NCBI GenBank assembly: GCA_977017645.1
Contig: CDRNVU010000061.1
Location: forward strand, 124,001 to 188,000
Source of the DNA: Torpedo marmorata
Taxonomy: Eukaryota
Direction: 5' to 3'
DNA: 64,000 bases
Shown: one piece after another, positions 53,330 through 64,000 of the stretch
Position numbering within the stretch: the stretch's first letter is position 1
Layout: every line of letters starts with the position of its first letter
Program-made: the position numbers and the translations under genes
The notes under the pieces: model-generated
What the model was told of the DNA's origin: nothing
The model's database searches: none
Seen by the model: the letters and a program-made list of their open reading frames with translations, nothing else

Positions 53330-53905
53330 AGAGAGGGTATTTATAGAATGGTGATGATATGGATTTTCAGCGGATTGTGTTTAACAGCCCACTATGGGAT
53401 CGGCTGAACTGGATTGGTTGTTGTGCAATGTACCAAGGGTGTTAGCGAGCAGAGGGTAGAGTAACACTAAGGGAACAGTGACCATAACATGATTAAGTTC
53501 AATTGAAATTTAACAAGGAGAAACTAAAGTTAGATGTGTCTGTACATAAGAGGAATGAAGGGAATTACAGTGGCATGAGATTTACAAGAATGTTGCCTGG
53601 GTTTCTGGGTTTGAGTTACAGGGAAAGGTTGAGCAGGCTAGGACGTTATTTCCTGGAGCGTAGAAAATTGAGGGGTGATTTGATAGAGGTATTTAAAATT
53701 ATGCAGGGGACAGATAGAGTCAATGTGGACAGGAGTTATCAATTGAGAGAGGGAGAGTTTATAACAAGAGGGCATGGATTGACATTGAAGGGGGAAAAGT
53801 TTAGAGGAAACATGAGGGGGAATATCTTCACTCGGAGTGTGGCGGGAGTGTGGACCGAGCTTCCGGCCGAAGTGATAGATGCAAGTTCAATTTTAATGTT
53901 TAAGG
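53330..53905 (+). mobile_element. CR1 fragments (old EN/linker remnant joined to a younger RT C-terminal piece)
   Basis: GNSDHNMI-like remnant, then RFTRMLPGFLGLSYRERL...ELPAEVIDA. Abuts the Gypsy gag with no tail. Confidence 0.75.
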
Positions 53906-56900
53906 TTTTTGGCTAGTAAAGAAGTTAGGTTGGTTCCTCCATTTGAGGAGGCAGAAATAGATAAGTACTTCCAACATTTTGAGAAGGTGGCTGTGAAATT
54001 AAAATGGCCACAAGACCAATGGTCTCTTAGGTTACAAAGTGTAATTAAAAGAAAAGCTCAGCAAGCTTATTGTACTCTTACCACGGAACAAGCTGCTGAT
54101 TATGAAACAATGAAAAAGGCTATACTCCAGGCTTATGAGTTAGTTCCAGAGGGTTATAGACAGAAGTTTAGAAATTTAAAAAGATCAGCAACCCAATCTT
54201 ACACAGAGTTTGCCTATGAAAAAGTTGTGAGTTTTGACAGGTGGTGCACATCTAAGGCAGTAAACAATGATTACAATCAATTGAGAGAATTGATAATAAT
54301 CGAGGAGATAAAAAGGTGTGTTCCTGAGGATATTAAGGCATACCTAGATGAAAAGGAGGTGAAAACCTGGCAAGATTCAGCTAAGTTAGCAGATGAATAT
54401 GCTTTAACCCACAAGCCTAAGTGGACGTCAGGTAGAATTTTCCAAAAGGTCATTGTGGATAGTCAGAAGCAAGTGGAAAGTAAATTTGGAAGTGGTGTTA
54501 AGGAAAGGGATGAAGGAAAGTGGAAAAGGGAAAACCATTCGGGTCCCATTTGCCACTACTGTAGGAAGGCTGGGCATATGATAGCAAGCTGTCCAGTGTT
54601 GACAAAGAAGAGAGAAAAGGATGAAACACCTAATGCTTGTATTCAGAGTGAGAAGATGCATAACACCCAGGAAGGAGATAAAGTTACTGACAAAGTTAAA
54701 GATGTATTTAAACATTTTAGACTGATGGTTTTGTTTCAGTTAAGGCAGGATCAAAACAAGTTCCAGTGAAAATCTTGCGAGATACTGGAGCTGCTCAGAC
54801 ACTTGTGTTAGATAGTGTCTTGGAATTTTAGCTACTGACACCGGTGACATAAATTTAATTAAAGGAATTGGTGGTGAGGTAGAGTCCATTCCTTTGCACA
54901 AAATACTATTGGACTCAGACCTGGTGGAAGGACCAGTTATAATAGGAGTGAGATCAGAGTTGCCAGTAGAAGGAGTCCCACTGTTGTTAGGCAATGACTT
55001 GGCCAAGGGTAAAGTAGTTCCTGCAGTGCGAATGACCACTAAGCCAGTCATTGATAAGTCAGAGAAAGACTCTGATATTTATCCGGCACGTGCCATAACC
55101 AGGGCCATGTCTAAGAAAAATGTCACTGTAGAGAAGGCAGAGGAAAATAACATGGTGAACGAAAAAGACAGTGATAATCAAGAAAACCTGGAAAAGGTTG
55201 AGCAATCTCCTATGTTACACCCATCCACTGATAAGACACCTAAAGGTACAGATTTGTCACTATCCCGACAAGAGTTAATAGCAAGGCAAAAGGACGATCC
55301 TGATCTTGCTGAGGTGAGGGATAAGGTTCTCTCTGAAGAGGAGATTAAAAAGGTGCCAGTGGGTTATTGTGAAAAAGATGGGGTCTTGATGAGAAAGTGG
55401 AGACCATGTGATGTTCCTGCCAATGAAGAATGGGCAGTAGTGCAGCAGGTTGTGATCCCTAAAGTATATAGGGATTCAATAATAACTTTAGCTCATAGTA
55501 CACACTTAGGTGGTCATCCTGGGGTGAAGAAAACTATAAGGAAGATAATGAAACAATTTTATTGGCCCAGTTTGAGAAGGGAGGTTGTAAGCTTTTGCCG
55601 GGCCTGTCACACTTGTCAAGTGGTGGGTAAACCTAATCAGGGTCCCCCGGTGGCACCCTTGCAAACTATCCCTGCTTTCAGAGAGCCTTTCTCGAGAGTA
55701 ATTGTTGACTGTGTTGGCCCATTGCCCAAAACCAAAGCGGGGAATGATTATTTGTTAACAATTATGTGTGCAGCCACCAGATGCCCAGAGGCTATTCCTC
55801 TGAGAAACATAAAAGCAAAGTCAATTGTAAAGGCTATGGTAAAATTTTTCACCTTGGTAGGTTTGCCAAGGGAAATTCAATCAGATCAGGGCAGTAATTT
55901 CATGTCAGGCGTTTTCCAACAAGTGGTTGATGGACTAGGAGTTAAACAGATTGTATCCTCTGCGTACCATCCAGAAAGTCAAGGGGCCTTGGAGAGGTTC
56001 CATCCGACTTTGAAAACCATGATTAGAACCTATTGTTGTGAGAAGGAAAAGGATTGGGATGAGGGGGTTCATTTGTTCTTATTTGCAGCGAAGGAGTCTG
56101 CCCAAGAATCACTTGGTTTTAGTCCATTTGAGTTAGTTTTCAGACATGAGGTGAGAGGTCCTTTAAGATTATTAAAAGAACAGTGGATTAATCGTGATGT
56201 GCATTTAAGTCTGTTAGATTATGTTTCCAAATTTAAGGATAGATTGCATAGGGCTTGTGAGATGGCAAAGGAGAATTTAAAGGCCACTCAACGGAGAATG
56301 AAGGTTTGGTATGATCGAAAGGCGAAGATGAGATCTTTTAAACCTGGTGAGAACGTATTAGTTCTGTTTCCCATCCATTCAAATCCTCTTAAGGCTAGAT
56401 TTTCAGGACCCTATTAAGTTAAGTCAAAAATTAATGATGTCACCTATGTCATAGAAACACCTAATCGCAGACGAGACACACAGGTCTGTCATGTGAATAT
56501 GATTAAGCCATATTTTGAACAGGTGCTACACAAATGGACTGAAAATTTACCAGAGGTACTGGTTATTGACAGGGGTAAGGAGGAGACAGATAAAACCAGA
56601 TTCAGAGAGGTTCAAGGAACTGTTAATTCTCTGAGTTATGTACTAGGACAGGGGCAGTTGGCGCCAGTAGAGGCAAAGTTTGTCGCTATTTCCGAGTTCC
56701 CTGTTGCAACTAGTAAGAAAACTCTGAGGAGGTTCTTGGGAATGATTGGCTACTACCTCAAGTTCTGTAAAAACTTTGCTGATCTTGCGCTCCCTCTCAC
56801 AAATTTGCTTAGAAAGAAAGAAAAATTTGTATGGTCAACAGGTTGTCAGGAAGCATTTGTCAAATTGAAAGCCATGTTATGCCACCAACCTGTGCTTATG

Positions 56901-58269
56901 TCACCTAATTTAGAACAGCCGTATTCTTTAGCCGTGGATGCCAGCGATGAAGCTGTGGGTGCGGTGCTGTTACAGAAGAAGAACGAAGAGGACATTGACC
57001 ATCCGGTATCCTACTTCTCGAAGAATTTCAATGATCATCAAAGGAATTATTCAACCATAGAAAAAGAGTTGTTGGCTCTTGTGTTGTCTCTACAACACTT
57101 TGATGGGTATATCTGTACAGCTCAAAAACCACTCATAGTGTATATTGACCATAATCCATTGGTTTTTCTTTGTAAAATGAAAAATAAGAATCGACGGTTG
57201 TTGAATTGGAGTCTAATTTTGCAAGAATATAATTTGTTAATCACACATATAAAAGGGAAAGATAATGTAATTGCTGATTGTCTTTCTAGATGTTAAACTT
57301 TATCAATGAAAATAGTTCATATTTTGTATTTGTGGATGAACATTGTAGATTTTGTTTATATTGTGACACCTCAATTACTTTCCAAAATTTTGTTCCTGTA
57401 GACCAAAATTTTCTTTGTGGGTGGGAGGTGTTATGGACCATGACTGACCATTTGGACTGCGGACGGTCAGTAGGAAGTATGAAGTCTTTTGGAGTACACA
57501 CTGGGGCCTGGTACTGAAAGAGTTAACTTGCCCAGGACTTGGTGGACCCAGAGAGAGAGAGAGCAGAGAGAGACAGACTGTGGAAAAGATACATTGTTAC
57601 ACTTTTGCAAAAGCAGGTGCAGACCTCTGCAAAAAGCAGACAGTTGGGAGTTGCAAAGGCTAGAGAACACAACCAAATCCAGGCTTGTGCATCCCAGAGA
57701 AAAGACAGGCAGGATAGCACATGGCCTCCTGTCTCAGAGAAATTCTGAGGTAAAGCAACTTCTGTGGAGAACAGGCGTGAGATCAACGAGACTAGCTGTG
57801 AGATCCAGGCACACGCCTTAATCAGTGGTATACTGATCTGAATTCGCAATCCTTATGAAAACACAAGAAGGGAACGTCATTAGAGAAGAAAAACAAGTAT
57901 TTGTAAGCATAAACAGTCATTGTCTCTCTCCAACGTTCATTCAGAAGTTCTTCTACCAGATACAGAGCTGAATTTGAAATCTGAACTTAGAGAGTGAATT
58001 TTGTGGACTGTATTATTCTTTTTTTTTTGACTGACTTGTTTTTTATGACTGACCTGGGGTTTTTGGGGAAAGTTTTTCCATTTTTACATAAGGGTTGGGC
58101 ACAGACTGTAATGGTCTGGGCTTTACACACACACACCTTTTAGATAAGAATAGTGTTTATAGACGTTTATAGTGGGGTTAATTGTTGTGAAATTATATGT
58201 TTAATTTTGTTTAATAAATATAAATTTCAATTTTACCCCTTCTGTCGTTGCTGGTTTGATTTTGTAACA
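53906..58269 (+). mobile_element. Gmr1-like Gypsy element: gag, protease, integrase, (RT core deleted), RNase H, PPT, 3' LTR; 5' LTR missing
   Basis: LVPPFEE..YFQHFEK, SCAN-like YELVPEGYRQKFR, CHYCRKAGHMIASC, RDTGAAQ; integrase H..HLGGH..CHTC, DCVGP, SDQGSNF, YHPESQGALER lying before RH (LAVDAS, YSTIEKE, DHNPL). LTR TGTTA..TAACA at 57429-58269. Confidence 0.93.
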
Positions 58270-58730
58270 CAGGAAATACACCATAAGTGGCTTTTAAAAT
58301 AAATAAGACCACTTTCCTATTGATTCGAAGAAAAGTGGACATCACCGTATGTTACTCCTGATTAAGAAAGAAATCATCTTGAAGATCATAGTTTCATAAC
58401 CCTAACAAGATAGGGGAAACTTGTGAAAACATTCGTCTGAAGAAAACTCATCAAAAGACTCGTGAGTTTAAAAAGATCTTGAAATACAACGAGAAGTTTG
58501 AAACTGGACTTTAACAGTGACTTTTCAGATTTAAGTTTAAACTGAAATAGTTTGGACTTTAACACACACAAACATTTACATTTATTCATAGAGTGTTGAA
58601 GTGAGAGTTAAGTAATATGTTATGTTATTAATAGTTTAAATAAAACTATTCTTTTGAATTTACCATTGTCTGGTGCATCTTCCATTGCTGTTCCTTTGTT
58701 AGTACTAACAGGGTTTGTTAGTTCGTAACA
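58270..58730 (+). repeat. Partial LTR of a related Gypsy family (3' half)
   Basis: Ends CCATTGTC..CCATTGCTG..TAGTTCGTAACA, resembling the reverse complement of the LTR terminus at 26786. Confidence 0.55.
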
Positions 58731-58909
58731 GACAACTAAAGAATTTGTCTTCACGATGCCGGCTCAATTTTAACATTTAGGAAGAATTTGGACAGGTACA
58801 TGGATGGGAGTGGTATGGAGGGCTATGGACTGGATGAGGCATTATAATAGTTCAGCACAGACTAGAAGGGACGAAGGGCCTGTTGTCTCTGCTTTAATGT
58901 TCTATGGTT

Positions 58910-59990
58910 CTAACTTTTAAAAATAATTCTTATAAAATGATAATGTTCGTGAGATCCTTGCGTTTGATGACCCCGTGCTGGTTTTTTGATGTCAGGCTCC
59001 AAATTGGATAGTGATAGTTGAAGGTCATCTCTTGTCGTGATTTGAAGTACGTTGCTGGATTTTGTCGAGGAAACTACCTTGCTGAATCCACACTCAACTA
59101 AGCATGTTGAGGGAAAGGCAATCAAAATATGTCAGCCTTTCCCAGAGTTTTAGAGGCATAGATAAAGTAGACAGCCAGAGCTTTGTGTTCCCCATGTCGG
59201 GAGTAGCAAACACCAGATCCGTACAAAGTGAACGGAGGAAAGTTAAGGGGAGACATCAGGGGTGTGTTTTTTTTTTACACAGAGGGTTGTGGGTGCCTGG
59301 AATGCCTTGCCCGGGATGGTAGTGGAGGCTGCAACATTGGGGGCATTTAAGAAACTCTTGGACAGGCACATGGATGACAGTAAAATAAAGGGTTATGAGG
59401 GAGGGAGGAATTTGTAGTTCAGCACAACATCAAGGGCCGAAGAGACTGTGCTGTGAGGCAGAGTTCTATGTTCTATTTAGCAGATCACTATTAACCCAAA
59501 AATCCTTTTTTTTAATTCATTGAATTATATCACTCTGAAAATCAATCAAGCTCTCTTGAATTTCTGTGTCAAAATTAATGGGTTGTTCCTTATATAGATC
59601 TGATATCCAATATGGGTTAAACAGGTCATTAAATCTTTCCTCAGATCTTTAGGTGCTTCACACAAACAGTGCCTCTGCATTTGTGTTCAGAATTGGAACT
59701 TGTAAAAATTCGCGTCTTCTGATATTGCTCGAAGAGACTTCAAGTTTTTTTAAGGAAAGAAAAAATGGCAATCGACTAGGTTATTGTGTTTACCCTGTAA
59801 GATCTTGTTCAATAAATTGAGTTTGTCAAAGATAGCTGCCAGATTACATATTTCCGCCTTTGCATCAATGTTATGACAAAGAAAGGAAACAATCATGTCC
59901 CTGAGTGCAACAAAACGAAAAAGGTGATTTCCTTAAGACAGCCACCTAACCTCGGTCTGCAGCAGCAGAGTCTGGAAATATTCGTCAAAT
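58910..59990 (-). mobile_element. hAT (Charlie/Buster-like) transposase fossil, interrupted by a CR1 3' fragment at about 59140-59475
   Basis: LLQTEVRWLS*G motif near 59930-59970 and the C-terminal dimerisation motif FPSTCLVECGFS...LSNLEPDIKK..HQTQGSH. Confidence 0.75.
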
Positions 59991-60256
59991 CTCTGTAAAA
60001 ACTAGCCTGATGTCTTCCCTAAACCTTCCTCCCTTCACTTTGTCCAGATGTCATCTGGTGTTTGCACAGATGTCCTATGGCGTTTGTCTTCTTCAATAAA
60101 AGCCAGCAGAAGGAGACATGCATTCACTACCCATCGCAAAACCTCGAAGCAAAATGAGGGCTTTTTCGGGTACGAGAAATATGGAGTGAAACGTTTCGGA
60201 CTTCAGGCTTATTCCCTGGAATTGAAGGTGATAGATAAAAAGAGGAAAACTACGGG

Positions 60257-63200
60257 GAAGGCGATTCCCAGCCAAAGCTGGTTGGAGGAACAGATTTTGC
60301 TGGACGAGATCGGAGCTCCCAGTTGGTATATTGCCTTCCAGGTGCCAGGGTCAAGGATGTCTCTGATCGTGTACACAGCATTCTGGAGGGGGAGGGCGAC
60401 CAGCCAGGTGTCGTGGTCCACATGGGGACCAATGACATAGAAAGTAATGGGGATGAGGTCCTGAAGAAGGAATATAAGGAGTTAGGAAGGAAGTTAAAAA
60501 GCAGGACCTGGAGGGTGGTAATCTCCGGATTGCTGCCTATGCCACGCGCTAGAGAGGGTAGGAATAGGAAGATGTGGAAGATGAATGCGTGGCTAAAGAG
60601 TTGGTGCTGGGGGCAGTGGTTCACATTTGTGGATCATTGGGATCTCTTCTGGGGAAGGTCTGACCTGTACAAAAAGGACGGGCTGCACTTTGAACTGGAG
60701 GGGGACCAATATCCTGGCAGGCAGGTTTGATAGAGCTGTTGAGGAGGGTTTAAACTAGTTTGGCAGGGGGTGGGAATCAGAATGTAAATGCGGAGAGTAG
60801 GGTAGAAGAACACCTAGATTTGAAGGAAGAGAGGAACCAGAATGTTAAAGTTAATGAAGGAGAGGGTAACCACAGGAGTATATGTGGGGGACATTCTCTC
60901 AAGTGTATATATTTCAATGCAAGAAGCATTGTAAGAAAGGTGGATGAGCTTAGAGTATGGATTGATACATGGAAATATGATATTGTAGCCATCAGTGAAA
61001 CTTGGTTGCAGGAGGGGCATGATTGGCAGCTAAATATTCCTGGATTCCGTTGTTTTAGGAGTGATAGAACAGGGGGGATAATAGGTGGAGGGGTCGCAGT
61101 GCTTGTTAGAGAAAGCATTACAGCGGTGCTATGGCAGGATAGATTGGAGGGCTCGTCCAGTGAGGCTATTTGGGTGGAAGTGAGGAATGGGAAAGGCATG
61201 AAAACACTAATGGGAGTGTATTATAGACCACCGAATGGGCAGAGGGAATTAGAGGAGGAAATGTGTAAGGAGATAGAATATATGTTTAATAAGCATAAGG
61301 TGGTGATTATAGGTGATTTTAACTTTCCACATATTGGCTGGGACGCCCATACTGTAATAGGGCAGGATGGGTTGAAGTTTGCCAAATGAGTTCAGGAAAG
61401 TTTTCTCAATCAATACATAGAAGAACCGACGAGAGATGGGGCAGTATTGGATCTCCTATTTGGGAACGAGATAGGTCAGGTGACAGAGGTTTGTGTTGGG
61501 GAACACTTTGGGTCTAGTGATCATAATACCATTAGTTTTATGTTGATAATGGAGAAGGATAGGGCTCGGCCTAAGGTTGAGATTCTTGATTGGAATAAGG
61601 CAAATTTTGAGGAGATGAGGGAGGATTTCGAGGGTGTGGATTGGAATAATTTATTTTTAGGAAAGGATGTCACAGATAAATGGAGGATATTCAAAGGGGA
61701 AATTTTGAGAGTACAGAGTCAGTTTGTCCCTGTGAGGATTAAAGGAAGAGTTAGAAAATATAGGGAGCCTTGGTTTTCAAAGGATATTGGGAATTTGGTT
61801 CGGAGGAAGAGGGATGTGTACAACAGGTATGGACAGCAGGGAATAGATGAGGTCCTTGAGGAATATAAGGAGTGTAAAAGAAAACCTTAAGAAAGAAATT
61901 AGAAAGGCTAAAAGGAGATATGAGGCTGCTTTGGCAGGCAAGGTAAAAATAAATCCAAAGGTTTTCTATAGGTACATTAAAAGCAAAAGAATAGTGAGGA
62001 ATAAAATTGGGCCCATTGAGGATCAGACGGGTAGGCTATGTGAGAAGTCAGAGGAGATGGGGGATATTTTAAATGAATTATTTTCTTCAGTATTTACAAA
62101 GGAAAGGAATATTGAACCAGGTGAAGTAAGGAAATCTGGTAATGAGGTCATGGATAATATAAAGATAAATGAGGAGGTAGTATTGGCTATTTTAAAGAGT
62201 ATAAAGGTGGATAAATCTCCAGGTCCTGACAGGATATTCCCGAGGACCCTGAGGGAGGTTCGTGTACAAATAGTGGGGGCTCTGACAGAAATATTTAAAA
62301 TGTCACTGGCCACGGGGGAGGTGCCGGAGGATTGGAGGGTAGCTCATGTTGTCCCGCTGTTTAAGAAGGGCTCCAAAAGTAAACCTGGAAATTATAGGCC
62401 TGTGAGTCTGAGGTCGGTGGTGGGTAAATTAATGGAGAGTGTTCTTAGAGATGGTGTATACAGTTATTTGGAAAGACAAGCATTGATTAGGAGTAGTCAA
62501 CACAGTTTTGTTCGTGGTAGATCATGTTTGACAAATCTCATAGAGTTTTTCGATGAGGTTACTAAGAGGGTTGACGAGGGGAAGGCTCTGGATGTTGTCT
62601 ATATGAACTTTAGTAAGGCATTTGACAAGGTTCCGTATAAGAGGCTCGTTAGTAAGGTTGAAGCATTAGGTATTAACGACGAAGTAGTGAAATGGATTAA
62701 ACAATGTTTGGATAGGAGATGCCAGAGAGTAGTGGTGGAAAATTGTTTGTCAAATTGGAGGCCGGTGACTAGTGGAGTGCCTCAGGGATCGGTACTGGGT
62801 CTATTGTTGTTTGTCATATATATTAATGATCTAGATTATAGGGTGGTAAATTGGATTAGTAAGTATGCAGATGATACGAAGATTGGTGGTGTTGTGGACA
62901 GTGAAGAAGGATATCAAAGCTTGCAGGGGTATATTGGACAGTTAGAAGAGTGGGCGGAAACATCGCAGTTGGAATTTAATACTGATAATTGTGAGGTGCT
63001 ACATTTTGGTAGGATTAATCAGCAAAGGTCATACATGTTAAATGAAAGACAATTGAGAAGTGCAGTAGAACAGAGGGATTTAGGAATTCTGGTACATAAT
63101 TCCCTGAAAGTTGAGTCACACGTAGATAGGGTGGTGAAGAAGGCATTTGGTATGTTGGTCTTCATAAATCAGAGTATTGAATATAGGAGTTGGGATGTCA

Positions 63201-63781
63201 TGTTGAAGTTGTATAAGGCATTGGTGAAGCCAAATTTGGAATATTGTGTGCAGTTTTGGTCGCCGAATTACAGGAAGGATATAAACAGAATAGAGAGAGT
63301 GCAGCGGAGATTTACAAGAATGTTGCCTGGGTTTCTGGGTTTGAGTTATAGGGAAAGGTTGAACAGGCTCGGACTTTATTCCCTGGAGCGTAGAAGGTTG
63401 AGGGGTGATTTGATAGAGGTATTTAAAATTATGAAGGGGAAAGATAGAGTCAATGTGGACAGGCTTTTTCCATTGAGAGAGGGGAAGATTCAAACAAGAG
63501 GGCATGGATTGAGATAGAAGGGGGAAAAGTTTAGAAGAAACATGAGGGGGAACTTCTTCACTCAGAGGGTGGTAAGAGGGTGGAACGAGCTTCCGGCCGA
63601 AGTGGTAGATGCAGGTTCAATTTTAATATTTAAGGAAAAGTTGGATAGGTATATGGACGAGAGAGGTGTGGAGGGTTATGGGCCGGGTGCGGGTCAGTGG
63701 GACGAGATGGGAGAATGTGTTCGGCATGGACTCGAAGGGCCGAACTGGCCTGTTTCTGTGCTGTAAATGTTACATGGTTAT
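60257..63781 (+). mobile_element. CR1 LINE truncated in ORF1 esterase, near-complete ORF2 with a few stops/frameshifts
   Basis: Closely similar to 6215-9705; CLPGA/VVHMGTND, EN and RT motifs; tail TACATGGTTAT. Confidence 0.93.
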
Positions 63782-64000
63782 GTCAGTCAAACACAGTCAC
63801 GTCCAAGCAAGCAATGCTCTTAAAACATTATTACTTTTCTGCATTTATCTAGGTCATTCTCGGCTGTCTCCAAATCCTCCAACCTTGAAAAATCCGTCGT
63901 TGCGCAGCAACTATACAGCAAAGGCTGAGCAGCAAAGACATTTCCAGCCCCCAAAAATGTTTAATCTGTTCAGCTTCCATGCCACCTACCCATTATTCAG

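Noticed and set aside
47800-53330. Many 60-144-aa ORFs upstream of the GPCR, considered as extra exons or a second gene
   Set aside because: No recognisable domains or consistent splice structure; largely decayed TE sequence.

Overview
Eukaryotic vertebrate DNA, most likely from a cartilaginous fish (inferred from the repeat types and the GPCR family), consisting almost entirely of nested, mostly decayed transposable elements. These include CR1, L1/Tx1-like and Rex1/Babar LINEs, Penelope, Gmr1-like Gypsy and BEL/Pao LTR elements, an endogenous retrovirus with pol and env, a hAT fossil and SINEs. I found one host gene: an apparently intact two-exon GPR139/GPR142-like class A GPCR on the minus strand. 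Its exon 1 is 47038-47107 (missed by the ORF track), exon 2 is 25713-26587, and the product is 314 aa. The 20.45-kb intron contains a TSD-flanked Gypsy provirus that itself holds an L1, a Penelope and a Rex1. Target-site duplications read by eye allow several insertion histories to be reconstructed: a twin-primed inverted L1, a nearly intact L1 nested in it, a solo LTR splitting an ERV env, and an LTR fragment captured at an L1 insertion. Other highlights are a SAP domain on a BEL/Pao Gag and a two-copy GC-rich non-coding retroposon with YY1 motifs. No prokaryotic-type system, CRISPR array, rRNA or tRNA gene was seen. Boundaries without a stated TSD are approximate, and identities are by-eye estimates.
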